A stretch of 64,000 nt of DNA. Origin: Hyphomonas sp. (GTDB taxonomy: Bacteria; Pseudomonadota; Alphaproteobacteria; Caulobacterales; Hyphomonadaceae). The notes beneath the pieces are model-generated. The model was not told the origin of the DNA, did no database searches, and saw only the letters and a list, made by a program, of their open reading frames with translations. Where the stretch lies: NCBI GenBank assembly GCA_046293975.1, contig JBKBIZ010000008.1, positions 2,059-66,058 of the forward strand, read 5' to 3'. This document shows, in pieces, positions 8,884 through 17,839 of the stretch (the stretch's first letter is position 1; each line of letters starts with the position of its first letter). Both the position numbers and the translations under genes were made by a program.

Positions 8884-9026
8884 CTGCCGCATATAGCGGG
8901 GCAGGCGGCAGGGGAGAAGACGCCATGTCACCGCTCCTGATTTGCATGAAATTTTACTGGATGGGGCAACGGCCCTTCAGGGCTTTGCGGGCAGGCTGCG
9001 CCTTCTAGTTGCTGGAGGACGCCGGA

Positions 9027-9701
9027 ATGGCGCGCAGAGGCAGTGTCCTGGAGTTCCGGCGGCCCCGGCGGCGGTTTGTGGCGCCCGGCCCGGCCCGCAG
9101 GAAAAAGCTGCGCTTTTCACAGCGTCGCTCTAGTCGGGCCCGAGCGATCAGGCCTGCAACCAGCCTTGCGCTTTGGGTTATGGTTTGCCTTTTGTTGTTC
9201 GCGGGGATGACTGTCTGGGAGCGGCAAACATCCTCTGAAACCTCAGATATCCTCGCTGTAGCGCCGAGTGCGCCAAGCAATGCTACCCGCTCTCTTTCGG
9301 AAGGGCGGTATATCGCTGATCCGGTGAAGCGATCCGGCACGGCCGTATCTGCATCAGCAACGCGCCAGCCGGTAAATGTCAGATGGGCGGATGGCGATAG
9401 CGGCTGGATCGATGGAAAGGCGTTTCGTCTGTATGGGGTGGATGCGCCGGAAGGCGCACCGGCGCGCGCCAAATGCGGGGCTGAGCAGGTGCGGTCGTCA
9501 TCGGCGGCTGATGCGGCGCGGTCTCTGACGCGCAACAGTAGTGTGGAAATCCGTGGTTCGTTGGGCGCTGACAAATATGGGCGCAATCTGGTGCTTTTGT
9601 CTGTGGACGGAAAAGATGTTGCTTCAACGCTTGTCGGGCAGGGGCATCTCAAGTTTTGGGCGTATGACGCCGGGCAGGCCAAACCGGACTGGTGCGGGTG
9701 A
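9027..9701 (+). CDS. Thermonuclease (SNase-like) family protein with TM anchor
   Basis: DGDS, RLYGVDAPE, DKYGR, LVGQG motifs; GGAGG upstream of ATG 9027. Confidence 0.85.
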   Translation: MARRGSVLEFRRPRRRFVAPGPARRKKLRFSQRRSSRARAIRPATSLALWVMVCLLLFAGMTVWERQTSSETSDILAVAPSAPSNATRSLSEGRYIADPVKRSGTAVSASATRQPVNVRWADGDSGWIDGKAFRLYGVDAPEGAPARAKCGAEQVRSSSAADAARSLTRNSSVEIRGSLGADKYGRNLVLLSVDGKDVASTLVGQGHLKFWAYDAGQAKPDWCG

Positions 9702-9753
9702 ATGATACAGATTTGAACAAGTGCGGGAGCGAGGCGCTAAGCGCCGTCGCGCC

Positions 9754-11559
9754 CTAATCCCCATCCATCCGCAACGCTGCCACAAACGCTTCCTGTGGGA
9801 TTTCGACCTTGCCGAACTGGCGCATGCGTTTTTTGCCGGCGGCCTGTTTGTCGAGGAGTTTGCGTTTGCGCGTGGCGTCGCCGCCATAGCACTTGGCGGT
9901 GACGTCTTTCCTCATGGCACTGATGGTTTCGCGCGCGACCACGCGCCCGCCGATGGCGGCCTGGATCGGGATCTTGAACATCTGGCGCGGGATCAGCTCT
10001 TTCAGGCGCTCGCACATCTGACGACCCCGGCTTTCGGCGCGGTCGCGGTGGACGAGCATGGCGAGCGCGTCGACAGGCTCCTCATTGACGAGAATCTGCA
10101 GCTTGACGAGGTTTTCGGCGCGGTGGCCGATGAGGGTGTAGTCAAAACTCGCATAGCCGCGCGAGATGGATTTCAGGCGGTCATAGAAGTCGAACACCAC
10201 CTCGTTGAGGGGCAGTTCGTATTTCACGCAGGCCCGTCCGCCTACGTAGGAAAGCTCGGTCTGGATGCCGCGCCGGTCCTGGCAGAGTTTCAGGATCGAG
10301 CCGAGATATTCGTCTGGCGTGTAGATCGTCGCAGAAATCCACGGCTCGCGGATTTCCGTGATGCGGACAACGTCGGGCATATCGGCCGGGTTGTGCAACT
10401 CGATCTCGGTGCCGTCGGTCATCGTCATTTCATAGACGACGCTGGGGGCGGTCGCGATGAGGTCGAGGTCGAACTCGCGGGAGAGGCGTTCCTGAATGAT
10501 CTCGAGGTGGAGAAGGCCAAGGAAGCCACAGCGGAAGCCCATGCCGAGCGCAGCGGAGGTTTCCATCTCCCAGGTGAAGGAGGCGTCGTTCAGGCGCAGC
10601 TTGCCCATCGCGGCGCGCAGGTCGTCAAAGTCGCCCGCATCCATCGGGAAGAGGCCGCAGAAGACGACCGGCTGGACATCTTTATAGCCGGGCAGGGCTT
10701 TGTCCGTCGGGCGTTTGTCTTCGGTGATCGTGTCACCAATCGAGCAATCGCCGACTTCCTTGATCGAGGCGACGAAATAGCCAACCTCGCCGGGGCCGAG
10801 GGCGTCGGTTTCGGTGAGCTTTGGATTGAACGTGCCGACCTTGTCGATCTCGTAGACCCCGCCGGTGCGCATCATGCGGATCAGCTGTTTCTTCTTCAGC
10901 ACGCCCTCATGCACGCGCACGATGACCACGACGCCGAGATAAGGGTCGTAATAGGCGTCCACCAGCGCTGCCTTGAGGGGCGAGGCCTGCTCGCCGCCCC
11001 GGGGTGGGGGCAGGCGGGTGACGATGGCTTCGAGTACGTCCGGAATGCCAAGCCCGGTCTTGGCGGAAATCTGCACCGCGTCGGAGGCGTCCAGGCCAAT
11101 GATCTCCTCGATCTGCTCTTTTACCCGGTCCACATCGGCGGCGGGCAGGTCGATCTTGTTGAGAACCGGGACAATCTCATGGTTCTGGTCGATGGCCTGA
11201 TAGACGTTGGCGAGCGTCTGGGCTTCGACGCCCTGCGAGGCGTCGACCACCAGGAGGGAGCCTTCACAGGCGGCCAGGCAGCGGGAGACTTCATAGGCGA
11301 AGTCGACGTGTCCGGGTGTGTCCATGAGGTTCAGCGTATAGGTTTCCCCATCGGCGGCCGTGTAGGCGAGGCGCACGGTCTGGGCCTTGATGGTGATGCC
11401 GCGCTCTTTCTCGATATCCATCGAGTCGAGTACCTGTTCACTCATTTCACGGTCAGTGAGGCCGCCGCAGGCCTGGATCAGGCGGTCGGCTAGGGTCGAT
11501 TTCCCATGGTCGATATGGGCAATGATCGAAAAGTTACGGATTTTATCGCGCGGTGTCAT
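9754..11559 (-). CDS. lepA: Translation elongation factor 4 (LepA)
   Basis: [53 protein letters not shown]. Confidence 0.98.
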   Translation of the reverse strand: MTPRDKIRNFSIIAHIDHGKSTLADRLIQACGGLTDREMSEQVLDSMDIEKERGITIKAQTVRLAYTAADGETYTLNLMDTPGHVDFAYEVSRCLAACEGSLLVVDASQGVEAQTLANVYQAIDQNHEIVPVLNKIDLPAADVDRVKEQIEEIIGLDASDAVQISAKTGLGIPDVLEAIVTRLPPPRGGEQASPLKAALVDAYYDPYLGVVVIVRVHEGVLKKKQLIRMMRTGGVYEIDKVGTFNPKLTETDALGPGEVGYFVASIKEVGDCSIGDTITEDKRPTDKALPGYKDVQPVVFCGLFPMDAGDFDDLRAAMGKLRLNDASFTWEMETSAALGMGFRCGFLGLLHLEIIQERLSREFDLDLIATAPSVVYEMTMTDGTEIELHNPADMPDVVRITEIREPWISATIYTPDEYLGSILKLCQDRRGIQTELSYVGGRACVKYELPLNEVVFDFYDRLKSISRGYASFDYTLIGHRAENLVKLQILVNEEPVDALAMLVHRDRAESRGRQMCERLKELIPRQMFKIPIQAAIGGRVVARETISAMRKDVTAKCYGGDATRKRKLLDKQAAGKKRMRQFGKVEIPQEAFVAALRMDGD

Positions 11560-11684
11560 GAGGCGCATATAGCGGGCACTGCTGCGCTGGGAAAGTGGGC
11601 GCAGGCGGGCGACATGTGGGTCTTCGCCTTGCGAGTGCCATAAACGTCAGTTAGCCTTCTCTTTACCCTTTGGAGGATGACCTT

Positions 11685-12536
11685 ATGGCGGACCACCCAG
11701 ACCGGGGTTCCTCGTCGATCCATGTGATCGGAAGTGGCAAGGCCATAGAGCGCGCCGCCGCCAAAGATGCCAAGATTGAGCGTTTGCAGTCGCTACATGT
11801 CGGCAATATGAGCGCGATCGATGCCAAATATGGCGGCCGGATTGCCGACGCCGAGAGTTCCGTCAATACGATCAATGCCAAATGGGACACGATCCAGGCC
11901 GAGGTCGACCGCCAGCCGCGCTATGCCCGCAGCATCTTTTACTGGCCCTTCATGGTCGCGCTGATGCTGTTCGAGATCCCCGTAAACCGGCTGAGCTTTG
12001 AGCTTTTCTTCCGTGAGAGCCCGACCGTGTCGCTGGGCGTTGCTTTCCTTGTGGGGGTTATCCTCGTGACACTGGCCCACAGGCTGGGTCTCGTGCTCTG
12101 CCGGTTTGGCTATCATGTGAAGAAGTCTGGCTGGGCAGGGCAGCTCATTCAGGTGGTGCTGATCTCGGCCATCATCGTTGCGTTGATCTATGGCGTCTCG
12201 GTGCTACGTCAGGCCTATCTCGACTTTGAAACCCAGCCGCAGGCGAGCTTCTCCGACATGCTCGCGGGCACCGGCGCCGCCCAGATGGCGGGGGATATGT
12301 TCAAAGCGGGCCTTGGCATTTCCGGATGGATCTTCTTTGCCATCAATATGGGCATCGTCGCCGTGGGCCTCACCGCAGCTTACTTCTCCCATGATCCGCA
12401 TCCCGATTTCCAGTCCGCAGACATCCAGCTCAAGAAGGCCGAGAAACAGCTGGCGCAGATCAGGGGCCAGCGGGCGGACGCCGAATCCATCGAGCTGCGC
12501 CGCCATGCCAACCAGATCAACCGGGCCAGCGCCTGA
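11685..12536 (+). CDS. Hypothetical 4-TM membrane protein with N- and C-terminal coiled-coil-like segments
   Basis: GGAGG upstream of ATG 11685; four hydrophobic helices; charged helical ends. Confidence 0.75.
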   Translation: MADHPDRGSSSIHVIGSGKAIERAAAKDAKIERLQSLHVGNMSAIDAKYGGRIADAESSVNTINAKWDTIQAEVDRQPRYARSIFYWPFMVALMLFEIPVNRLSFELFFRESPTVSLGVAFLVGVILVTLAHRLGLVLCRFGYHVKKSGWAGQLIQVVLISAIIVALIYGVSVLRQAYLDFETQPQASFSDMLAGTGAAQMAGDMFKAGLGISGWIFFAINMGIVAVGLTAAYFSHDPHPDFQSADIQLKKAEKQLAQIRGQRADAESIELRRHANQINRASA

Positions 12537-12540
12537 TCCG

Positions 12541-13335
12541 ATGATAGTCTTTCCCGGACGCCGGCTCGCCCTGCCTGTCATTGCTTTCTCGATGTTGCTG
12601 GCCGCCTGTTCGGGGCCGGCGGGCTCGGGCTTCGTCAATCGCACGCCGGACGACTATTGCACCCTCAGCGACCGCTCGACCCTCTTCCTCATCGACCGGA
12701 CGACGACCTTTGATGCGGGTGACCAGACGCTGCTGATGGAAAGCCTCGGCAGCGTGGTCGACCGGCTGGAAACCGGCGACCGGATCATCATCGCCACGAT
12801 TTCCGACCATTATTCAAAGACGCGCCGGCTGGCGAATGCCTGCAAGCCCGGCTGCCCGGCAGGGGGCGGGGTGATCGACGAGATTGTCGGCTCGTGCAGC
12901 ACGATGAAGGCCAAACAGGACCAGCAGCAGTTCATGGGCAGCCTTGCCGCCTCGCTGCGGGAAATTATCAACACGGCTGAAGATGCCTCGGGTTCTGACA
13001 TTATCCGCACGATAGGCCACTGGTCGGGTTCGAACGCGGCAAGGCCGTATACGTCCATCATTGTCTATTCCGACATGCTGGAGAACAGCGACATGATTGG
13101 CTGGGGAAAGTTTTCTGCGCTGCCTGAGGATGAGCTGATGGGCATCGTATCTCAGCATGGGGCGGGGGCAAAAACCCCGGGCACCGATATCCGCGTAATT
13201 GGCTATGGCCGGCTACACGACAAGGCGCGCTCTCCCCTGCCAGCGGCGCTGGATGCAAAACTGCGGGGTTTCTGGACCCGGTATTTCTTTGAGGGCGGCG
13301 GTCAGGTCGAATTTTCGGCAAGCTCTGACGGCTAA
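12541..13335 (+). CDS. Hypothetical lipoprotein with vWA-like domain
   Basis: Lipobox LLAAC; LFLIDRTTT (MIDAS-like), SDIIRTI, IIVYSDMLENS. Confidence 0.65.
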   Translation: MIVFPGRRLALPVIAFSMLLAACSGPAGSGFVNRTPDDYCTLSDRSTLFLIDRTTTFDAGDQTLLMESLGSVVDRLETGDRIIIATISDHYSKTRRLANACKPGCPAGGGVIDEIVGSCSTMKAKQDQQQFMGSLAASLREIINTAEDASGSDIIRTIGHWSGSNAARPYTSIIVYSDMLENSDMIGWGKFSALPEDELMGIVSQHGAGAKTPGTDIRVIGYGRLHDKARSPLPAALDAKLRGFWTRYFFEGGGQVEFSASSDG

Positions 13336-13423
13336 ACCTGCGGCCGTCCTCTGCATTTTTCCGGAGTTGCTTTCGCCCCGCGGCGCACTTAGCGATACTC
13401 AAGAGAAGGCAAAGGAACCTCAC

Positions 13424-13987
13424 ATGCGATACTCGATTGGAATGATGCTGACAGGGGCGCTTGTGCTTGGTCTTGCGGCCTGCGCGCCAGGGGAAGAGGC
13501 GGTTGATACCGGCAGCATTGAGCCGCCTGCTGTCGAGACCGGGGACGAGGAAGCGGAAATGGGTGAATATGAAATGGGCGAGATGCCCAGCGAAGAAGCG
13601 CAGGCTGCCGCGTCAGAGGCGGCGCAGGCTGCTGCCGAGGCGGGTGTCGTCTATGCCGGCGCAGACGAGAAGGGCGGAGAAATTTCCCTGCCGGCAGGTG
13701 AGATCCTCCGCATCGAACTCGAAACCGTTCCGACTGCCGGCTATGTCTGGCAGATCGTCGAGAAGCCTGATTTCCTCGAGCTGACGGGCGAGAACACCCG
13801 CGCAACCAATCCGGCGATGCAAAGCTTGCCGGGCTTCACGGGCGGCAATCACTATATGAGCTTCGACCTCAAGGCGTCTGCCACAGGCACCGGCATTGTC
13901 AAAATGACCGAGAGCCGCCCCTGGGAAACCGAAGAAGCGCCGGAAAGTACATTTGAAATGACCGTGACGGTCACAGCTGCGGAGTAG
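13424..13987 (+). CDS. Chagasin/I42 family cysteine-protease inhibitor lipoprotein
   Basis: Lipobox LAAC; acidic linker; VPTAGYVW, GFTGG, RPWE loops. Confidence 0.8.
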   Translation: MRYSIGMMLTGALVLGLAACAPGEEAVDTGSIEPPAVETGDEEAEMGEYEMGEMPSEEAQAAASEAAQAAAEAGVVYAGADEKGGEISLPAGEILRIELETVPTAGYVWQIVEKPDFLELTGENTRATNPAMQSLPGFTGGNHYMSFDLKASATGTGIVKMTESRPWETEEAPESTFEMTVTVTAAE

Positions 13988-13995
13988 GGCCCCTC

Positions 13996-14961
13996 TTGCC
14001 AGACAGCCAGCTGACCCTGCCGAAGACCGGTATTACCGCTGACGGTTTCCTGACCGACAGCTGGTATCTGGCGGCGGCGTCGGCGGAGCTGAAGGCGGGT
14101 ACGCAGCAGCGGGTGATGCTGCTGGGCGAGCCTGTCATGGTGGGGCGCACGCCCGCCGGGGAAGCGTTTGCTCTTCGGGATATCTGCCCCCACCGCCTGG
14201 TGCCTCTGTCTGCCGGAAAGCAGATAGAGACAGACGGGCAGTGGACGGTGGAATGCCCCTATCATGGCTGGCGCTTTGGCACAGACGGCGGCTGCAAGCT
14301 GATGCCGAGCCTCACCGAAGCCACCCCGCATGATCCGTCCAAGGTAAAAGTGCGCCGCTACCCGGTGCATGAGGCCAATGGCGCGGTCTGCATCTACATC
14401 GCGCATGATCCCCGCAGCTATGAACCGCCCGCTATGGCGCCCCCGGATTTCGGGCCTCTGCCGGAGAAGCCCAAATTCATCATCCACGACATGTTAAATG
14501 CGCATATGGATGACGCGGTGGCCGGCTTGATGGACCCGGCGGAATTGCCTCTCGTGCCGAGGATGCGAGGCTGGGCGGTTGAGCGGCATGTGCCAGGTTC
14601 CAGCTCCAGGCTCTATCGCTGGCTGTTTGGCGGCGATGTCATGACGGAGATATGGTTCCAGTTACCGGGCTATCGGTGGGAGATCATCTCGAGCGCCCGC
14701 GCGCGCCTCGTGACGCTGACCTGCCTGACCCCCGAAGCGCCCAAACGTACACGGATCACCCAGTTTACCTGGTGGACGGGCGCGCCGCTGCTCAGCCTGG
14801 CCGTTCCGGTGACACAACGTAAGGCCCATCAGAAGGCAATGCTTTGGGCCGACGATATAGATATGCAGGCCAAATGGTACGAGATGCTCAAGCGCGAATG
14901 GACTGCCGCCCGTAGCGAGGGCAGGGAGTTTACCAACCCGATCGAGCCCCGCGCATCCTGA
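13996..14961 (+). CDS. Rieske (VanA-like) oxygenase alpha subunit with degenerate catalytic domain
   Basis: Intact CPHR..CPYHGW; Fe-site region reads DPAELPLVP instead of DxxHxxxxH; TTG start. Confidence 0.8.
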   Translation: MPDSQLTLPKTGITADGFLTDSWYLAAASAELKAGTQQRVMLLGEPVMVGRTPAGEAFALRDICPHRLVPLSAGKQIETDGQWTVECPYHGWRFGTDGGCKLMPSLTEATPHDPSKVKVRRYPVHEANGAVCIYIAHDPRSYEPPAMAPPDFGPLPEKPKFIIHDMLNAHMDDAVAGLMDPAELPLVPRMRGWAVERHVPGSSSRLYRWLFGGDVMTEIWFQLPGYRWEIISSARARLVTLTCLTPEAPKRTRITQFTWWTGAPLLSLAVPVTQRKAHQKAMLWADDIDMQAKWYEMLKREWTAARSEGREFTNPIEPRAS

Positions 14962-15112
14962 AATGGATAAGTTGAGGCGGCCTGCCTCCATCTTGCCCTG
15001 AAAAAGCCCCGGACAAGTGAGAAGATACGCGCTGGCCGAGGCGCATGATCGCCCCATCTTATGGCCCGCGCCCGCATTCCCCGCCCGGCGCGCCACAAAA
15101 AGGACTTGTCCA

Positions 15113-15691
15113 ATGAAAATGTTTCTCTTTGCCGCTGCGAGCGTGTTTGCCCTCGCGGCCTGTGCGCCTGCTGCTGAAGAAGGTACGCCGACAGTCACCC
15201 CGCCGCCTATCGAGACGCCAATGGAAGATCCGGTCGCTGAGGATGTTCAGCCGGTCGAAGACGTTACGCTCGTTGATGTCGTCGCCAGCAATCCGGATTT
15301 CTCGACCCTGCTCGCCGCTGTGGATGCCGCAGGACTTGCCCAGACCCTGGCGGGCCCTGGCCCCTACACGGTCTTCGCGCCGACCAATGCAGCCTTTGCC
15401 GCGCTTGAGCCCGGCCAGCTCGACGCGCTTCTCCTGCCGGAAAACAAGGACGATCTGACCCGGATCGTCAGCTATCACGTGATCCCGGGCAAAGTGCTCG
15501 CTGCGGATGTGCCCGCTGAAGAGACGGCCACCGCAACCGCCAGCGTCAACAATCTTGACCTGTCCGTGCGCCGCATGGCCGACGGTACGGTGATGGTGAA
15601 CCAATACAAAGTCACCAGCTCCGACATCCAGGCCTCCAATGGCGTGGTCCATGTGATTGACGGGGTGCTCATCCCCCGCATGGAAGAATAA
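15113..15691 (+). CDS. Fasciclin (FAS1) domain lipoprotein
   Basis: Lipobox LAAC; YTVFAPTNAAF, YHVIPG, NGVVHVIDGVL. Confidence 0.93.
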   Translation: MKMFLFAAASVFALAACAPAAEEGTPTVTPPPIETPMEDPVAEDVQPVEDVTLVDVVASNPDFSTLLAAVDAAGLAQTLAGPGPYTVFAPTNAAFAALEPGQLDALLLPENKDDLTRIVSYHVIPGKVLAADVPAEETATATASVNNLDLSVRRMADGTVMVNQYKVTSSDIQASNGVVHVIDGVLIPRMEE

Positions 15692-15703
15692 CACGTATGT
15701 AGA

Positions 15704-15735
15704 GGGCAGCGCCCGGTTCTTCCGGCGCGCTGCCC
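15704..15735. terminator. Hairpin between convergent genes
   Basis: GGGCAGCGC..CCGG/CCGG..GCGCTGCCC stem. Confidence 0.55.
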
Positions 15736-15738
15736 CGC

Positions 15739-16374
15739 TTACCGTTTGCGGGCCACGATGAAGGCGCGCACATCCTTGCCGCGCGTGCCGTGACGCTCGC
15801 TGGCGACGATCTCAAACCCCGCCTGCGTGATCTCGCCGGTCAGGGTGGTTTCAGAAAAGAAGTCCACATGCGGCGCCTTGCCGACGGCCTGCATCAGCGG
15901 CAGGGCGAGGCGGATTGCGAAGCTCATTTCCGTAAGGCAGGGCGTCTTGGAGATGAAGAGGCCGCCGGGTTTCAGCAGGCTGTGAACCGCTTCGAGCGCC
16001 GCCTGCCGCTCGTCCAGCAGGTGGAGGATGTTGAAGCCGAGGGCCAGGTCGAACGCCTTGTCGCGCCAGCGCTCATCATTGATTACCCCCACGTCGAAAG
16101 CGACATTGGCCGTGCCTGCGGCCGCCTTCTCCTGCGCGATGGCGATCATTTCCGCCGAGATGTCTGTTGCCAGAAGATGGGCGCAATGGGGCGCCAGTTT
16201 CAGCGCCGTGGTGCCCGTGCCGCAGCCGAACTCGAACGCCTCGTCGGTGGCCCGCATGAACTCGGCGGTCCGTGCCAGCGACCGTTCATACCCGGCCTCG
16301 TCGGCAATCGGATCGGCCGAATATTTGCGCGCCGCGCGGTCCCAGAAGCGGGTATTCCTGGAAACATCGTTCAT
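15739..16374 (-). CDS. Class I SAM-dependent methyltransferase
   Basis: FWDRAARKY, EFGCGTG, DISAEMI, LKPGG. Confidence 0.9.
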   Translation of the reverse strand: MNDVSRNTRFWDRAARKYSADPIADEAGYERSLARTAEFMRATDEAFEFGCGTGTTALKLAPHCAHLLATDISAEMIAIAQEKAAAGTANVAFDVGVINDERWRDKAFDLALGFNILHLLDERQAALEAVHSLLKPGGLFISKTPCLTEMSFAIRLALPLMQAVGKAPHVDFFSETTLTGEITQAGFEIVASERHGTRGKDVRAFIVARKR

Positions 16375-16446
16375 TTTGGGCTCCCCTTGTTCCCTGTTTA
16401 GCAGGCTTGGATGACCTGGATATGGCAGTCAGATGTCAGCGCGCGC

Positions 16447-16461
16447 GAACAAAGAGTGAAA
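16447..16461 (+). promoter_or_regulatory. Putative alphaproteobacterial LexA (SOS) box
   Basis: GAAC-AAAGAGT-GAAA, one mismatch to GAAC-N7-GAAC, upstream of ruvC. Confidence 0.55.
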
Positions 16462-16504
16462 ACTCAAGCTGTCTTTAACCATCCTCGCTGCTAGGGTGGC
16501 ACGT

Positions 16505-17008
16505 ATGAGCACCACGATTCGTATCCTTGGCATTGATCCTGGCCTGCGCCATACCGGCTGGGGCGTCATAGAGCAGACCGGCGCCCGCCTTGTGCACATC
16601 GCTCATGGCGTAATCGAAGCGCCGACTGATATTTCCATGGCAGAGCGGCTCGGCCATATCTTCGAGGCGGTGGGCGAGCTTGCCCGGCATCATGCGCCCG
16701 ACGCGGCCGGGGTTGAGGAAACGCTGGTGAATGCCAATCCCCGCTCGGCGCTGAAGCTTGGCCAGGCGCGCGGGGCGGCGATGGCGGCCCTCGCTATGGC
16801 GGGCGTTTCGGTGGCCGAGTTTGCGCCCCGCCAGATCAAGCTCTCCGTGGTGGGCACCGGCACAGCGGACAAGGATCAGGTGAAATTCATGGTCCAGCGC
16901 CTCCTCCCGAGGGCAGGGGAGATGAAGCTGGATGCGGCTGACGCGCTTGCCTGCGCCATCTGCGCGGCGCACCATCTGCCTCTCCAGGTGAAGCGGGGCG
17001 CGGCATGA
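16505..17008 (+). CDS. ruvC: Holliday junction resolvase RuvC
   Basis: ILGIDPGL..TGWGV, LKLGQARG, DAADALACA. Confidence 0.97.
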   Translation: MSTTIRILGIDPGLRHTGWGVIEQTGARLVHIAHGVIEAPTDISMAERLGHIFEAVGELARHHAPDAAGVEETLVNANPRSALKLGQARGAAMAALAMAGVSVAEFAPRQIKLSVVGTGTADKDQVKFMVQRLLPRAGEMKLDAADALACAICAAHHLPLQVKRGAA

Positions 17009-17628
17009 TCATCGGTCGTCTGAAGGGCGAAGTGGCGGCCATCGGGCTCGACCATGTGCTGATTGATGTGAACGGGGTAGGCTATGTGGCCCTCGCCGGA
17101 ACGCGCCTGCTGGCAAAGCTTCAGACCGGCGACAAGATCACCGCGCATATTGAAACGCGCGTCACCGAAAGCTCGATCACGCTGTTTGCCTTCGCCACCG
17201 ATGAAGAGCGCGCCTGGTTCGTGCGCTTGCAGGATGTGCCGGGCGTGGCGGGAAAATCTGCCCTCGCCATTCTCGACGGACTCTCCCCGGCAGACATCAT
17301 GGACGCGATTGCGCTCGGGGACGCGGGCGCCTTCACCCGCGCCAAGGGCATCGGCAAGAAGCTCGGAGAACGGATCGTCACCGAGCTTGCCGGCAAGGCG
17401 CCCCCGCTCGGCCGGTTTGGCAAGTTTGAAGTGGCCGCCGTTGCGGGCCTCGCCTCGGCACAGCCCGTATCGGCGGCCACCGGCGCGCGCGGCGAAGCGG
17501 TCAGCGCGCTGGTCAATCTCGGCTACACGCAGAGCGAGGCGGCCAAGGCCGTGGCGATGGCCGCGAAAGACGGCGCCGAGGATGTTGGCGTGCTGCTTAA
17601 AGGCGCGCTGAAGGAACTGGCTCGATGA
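17005..17628 (+). CDS. ruvA: Holliday junction branch migration protein RuvA
   Basis: IGRLKG, DVNGVGY, GIGKKLGERIVTEL, AVSALVNLGY. Confidence 0.97.
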   Translation: MIIGRLKGEVAAIGLDHVLIDVNGVGYVALAGTRLLAKLQTGDKITAHIETRVTESSITLFAFATDEERAWFVRLQDVPGVAGKSALAILDGLSPADIMDAIALGDAGAFTRAKGIGKKLGERIVTELAGKAPPLGRFGKFEVAAVAGLASAQPVSAATGARGEAVSALVNLGYTQSEAAKAVAMAAKDGAEDVGVLLKGALKELAR

Positions 17629-17647
17629 TCTTACGCGCCAGACCCTT

Positions 17648-17817
17648 AACCCCTCTCCCGCATGGCGGGAGAGGAGGGGCCCGCCCGCCGGCAGGCGGGT
17701 GGGAGGTGAGGGCCTTTCGCGTTTTAGGGGTTGATGTTGGGGCTCGCGGCAGAAAGACCCTCACCTCCCATCACTGCGTGATGGGCCCCTCCTCTCCCAC
17801 TTCATGGGAGAGGGGTT
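17648..17817. repeat. Palindromic REP/CIR-like element (two ~70-bp inverted arms)
   Basis: Arm 17648-17718 matches the reverse complement of 17752-17817: AACCCCTCTCCC..GGGAGAGGAGGGGCCC..TGGGAGGTGAGGG(C/T)CTTTC. Confidence 0.85.
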
Positions 17818-17839
17818 GGTCCGTACCGGGAGGTTTTGA

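Noticed and set aside
9721-11493. 590-aa + strand ORF
   Set aside because: Antisense shadow of lepA; typical of high-GC codon bias, with no independent motifs
12190-12540. Extension of the vWA-like ORF suggesting a frameshift fusion
   Set aside because: A clean signal peptide and lipobox start at 12541; no slippery site seen
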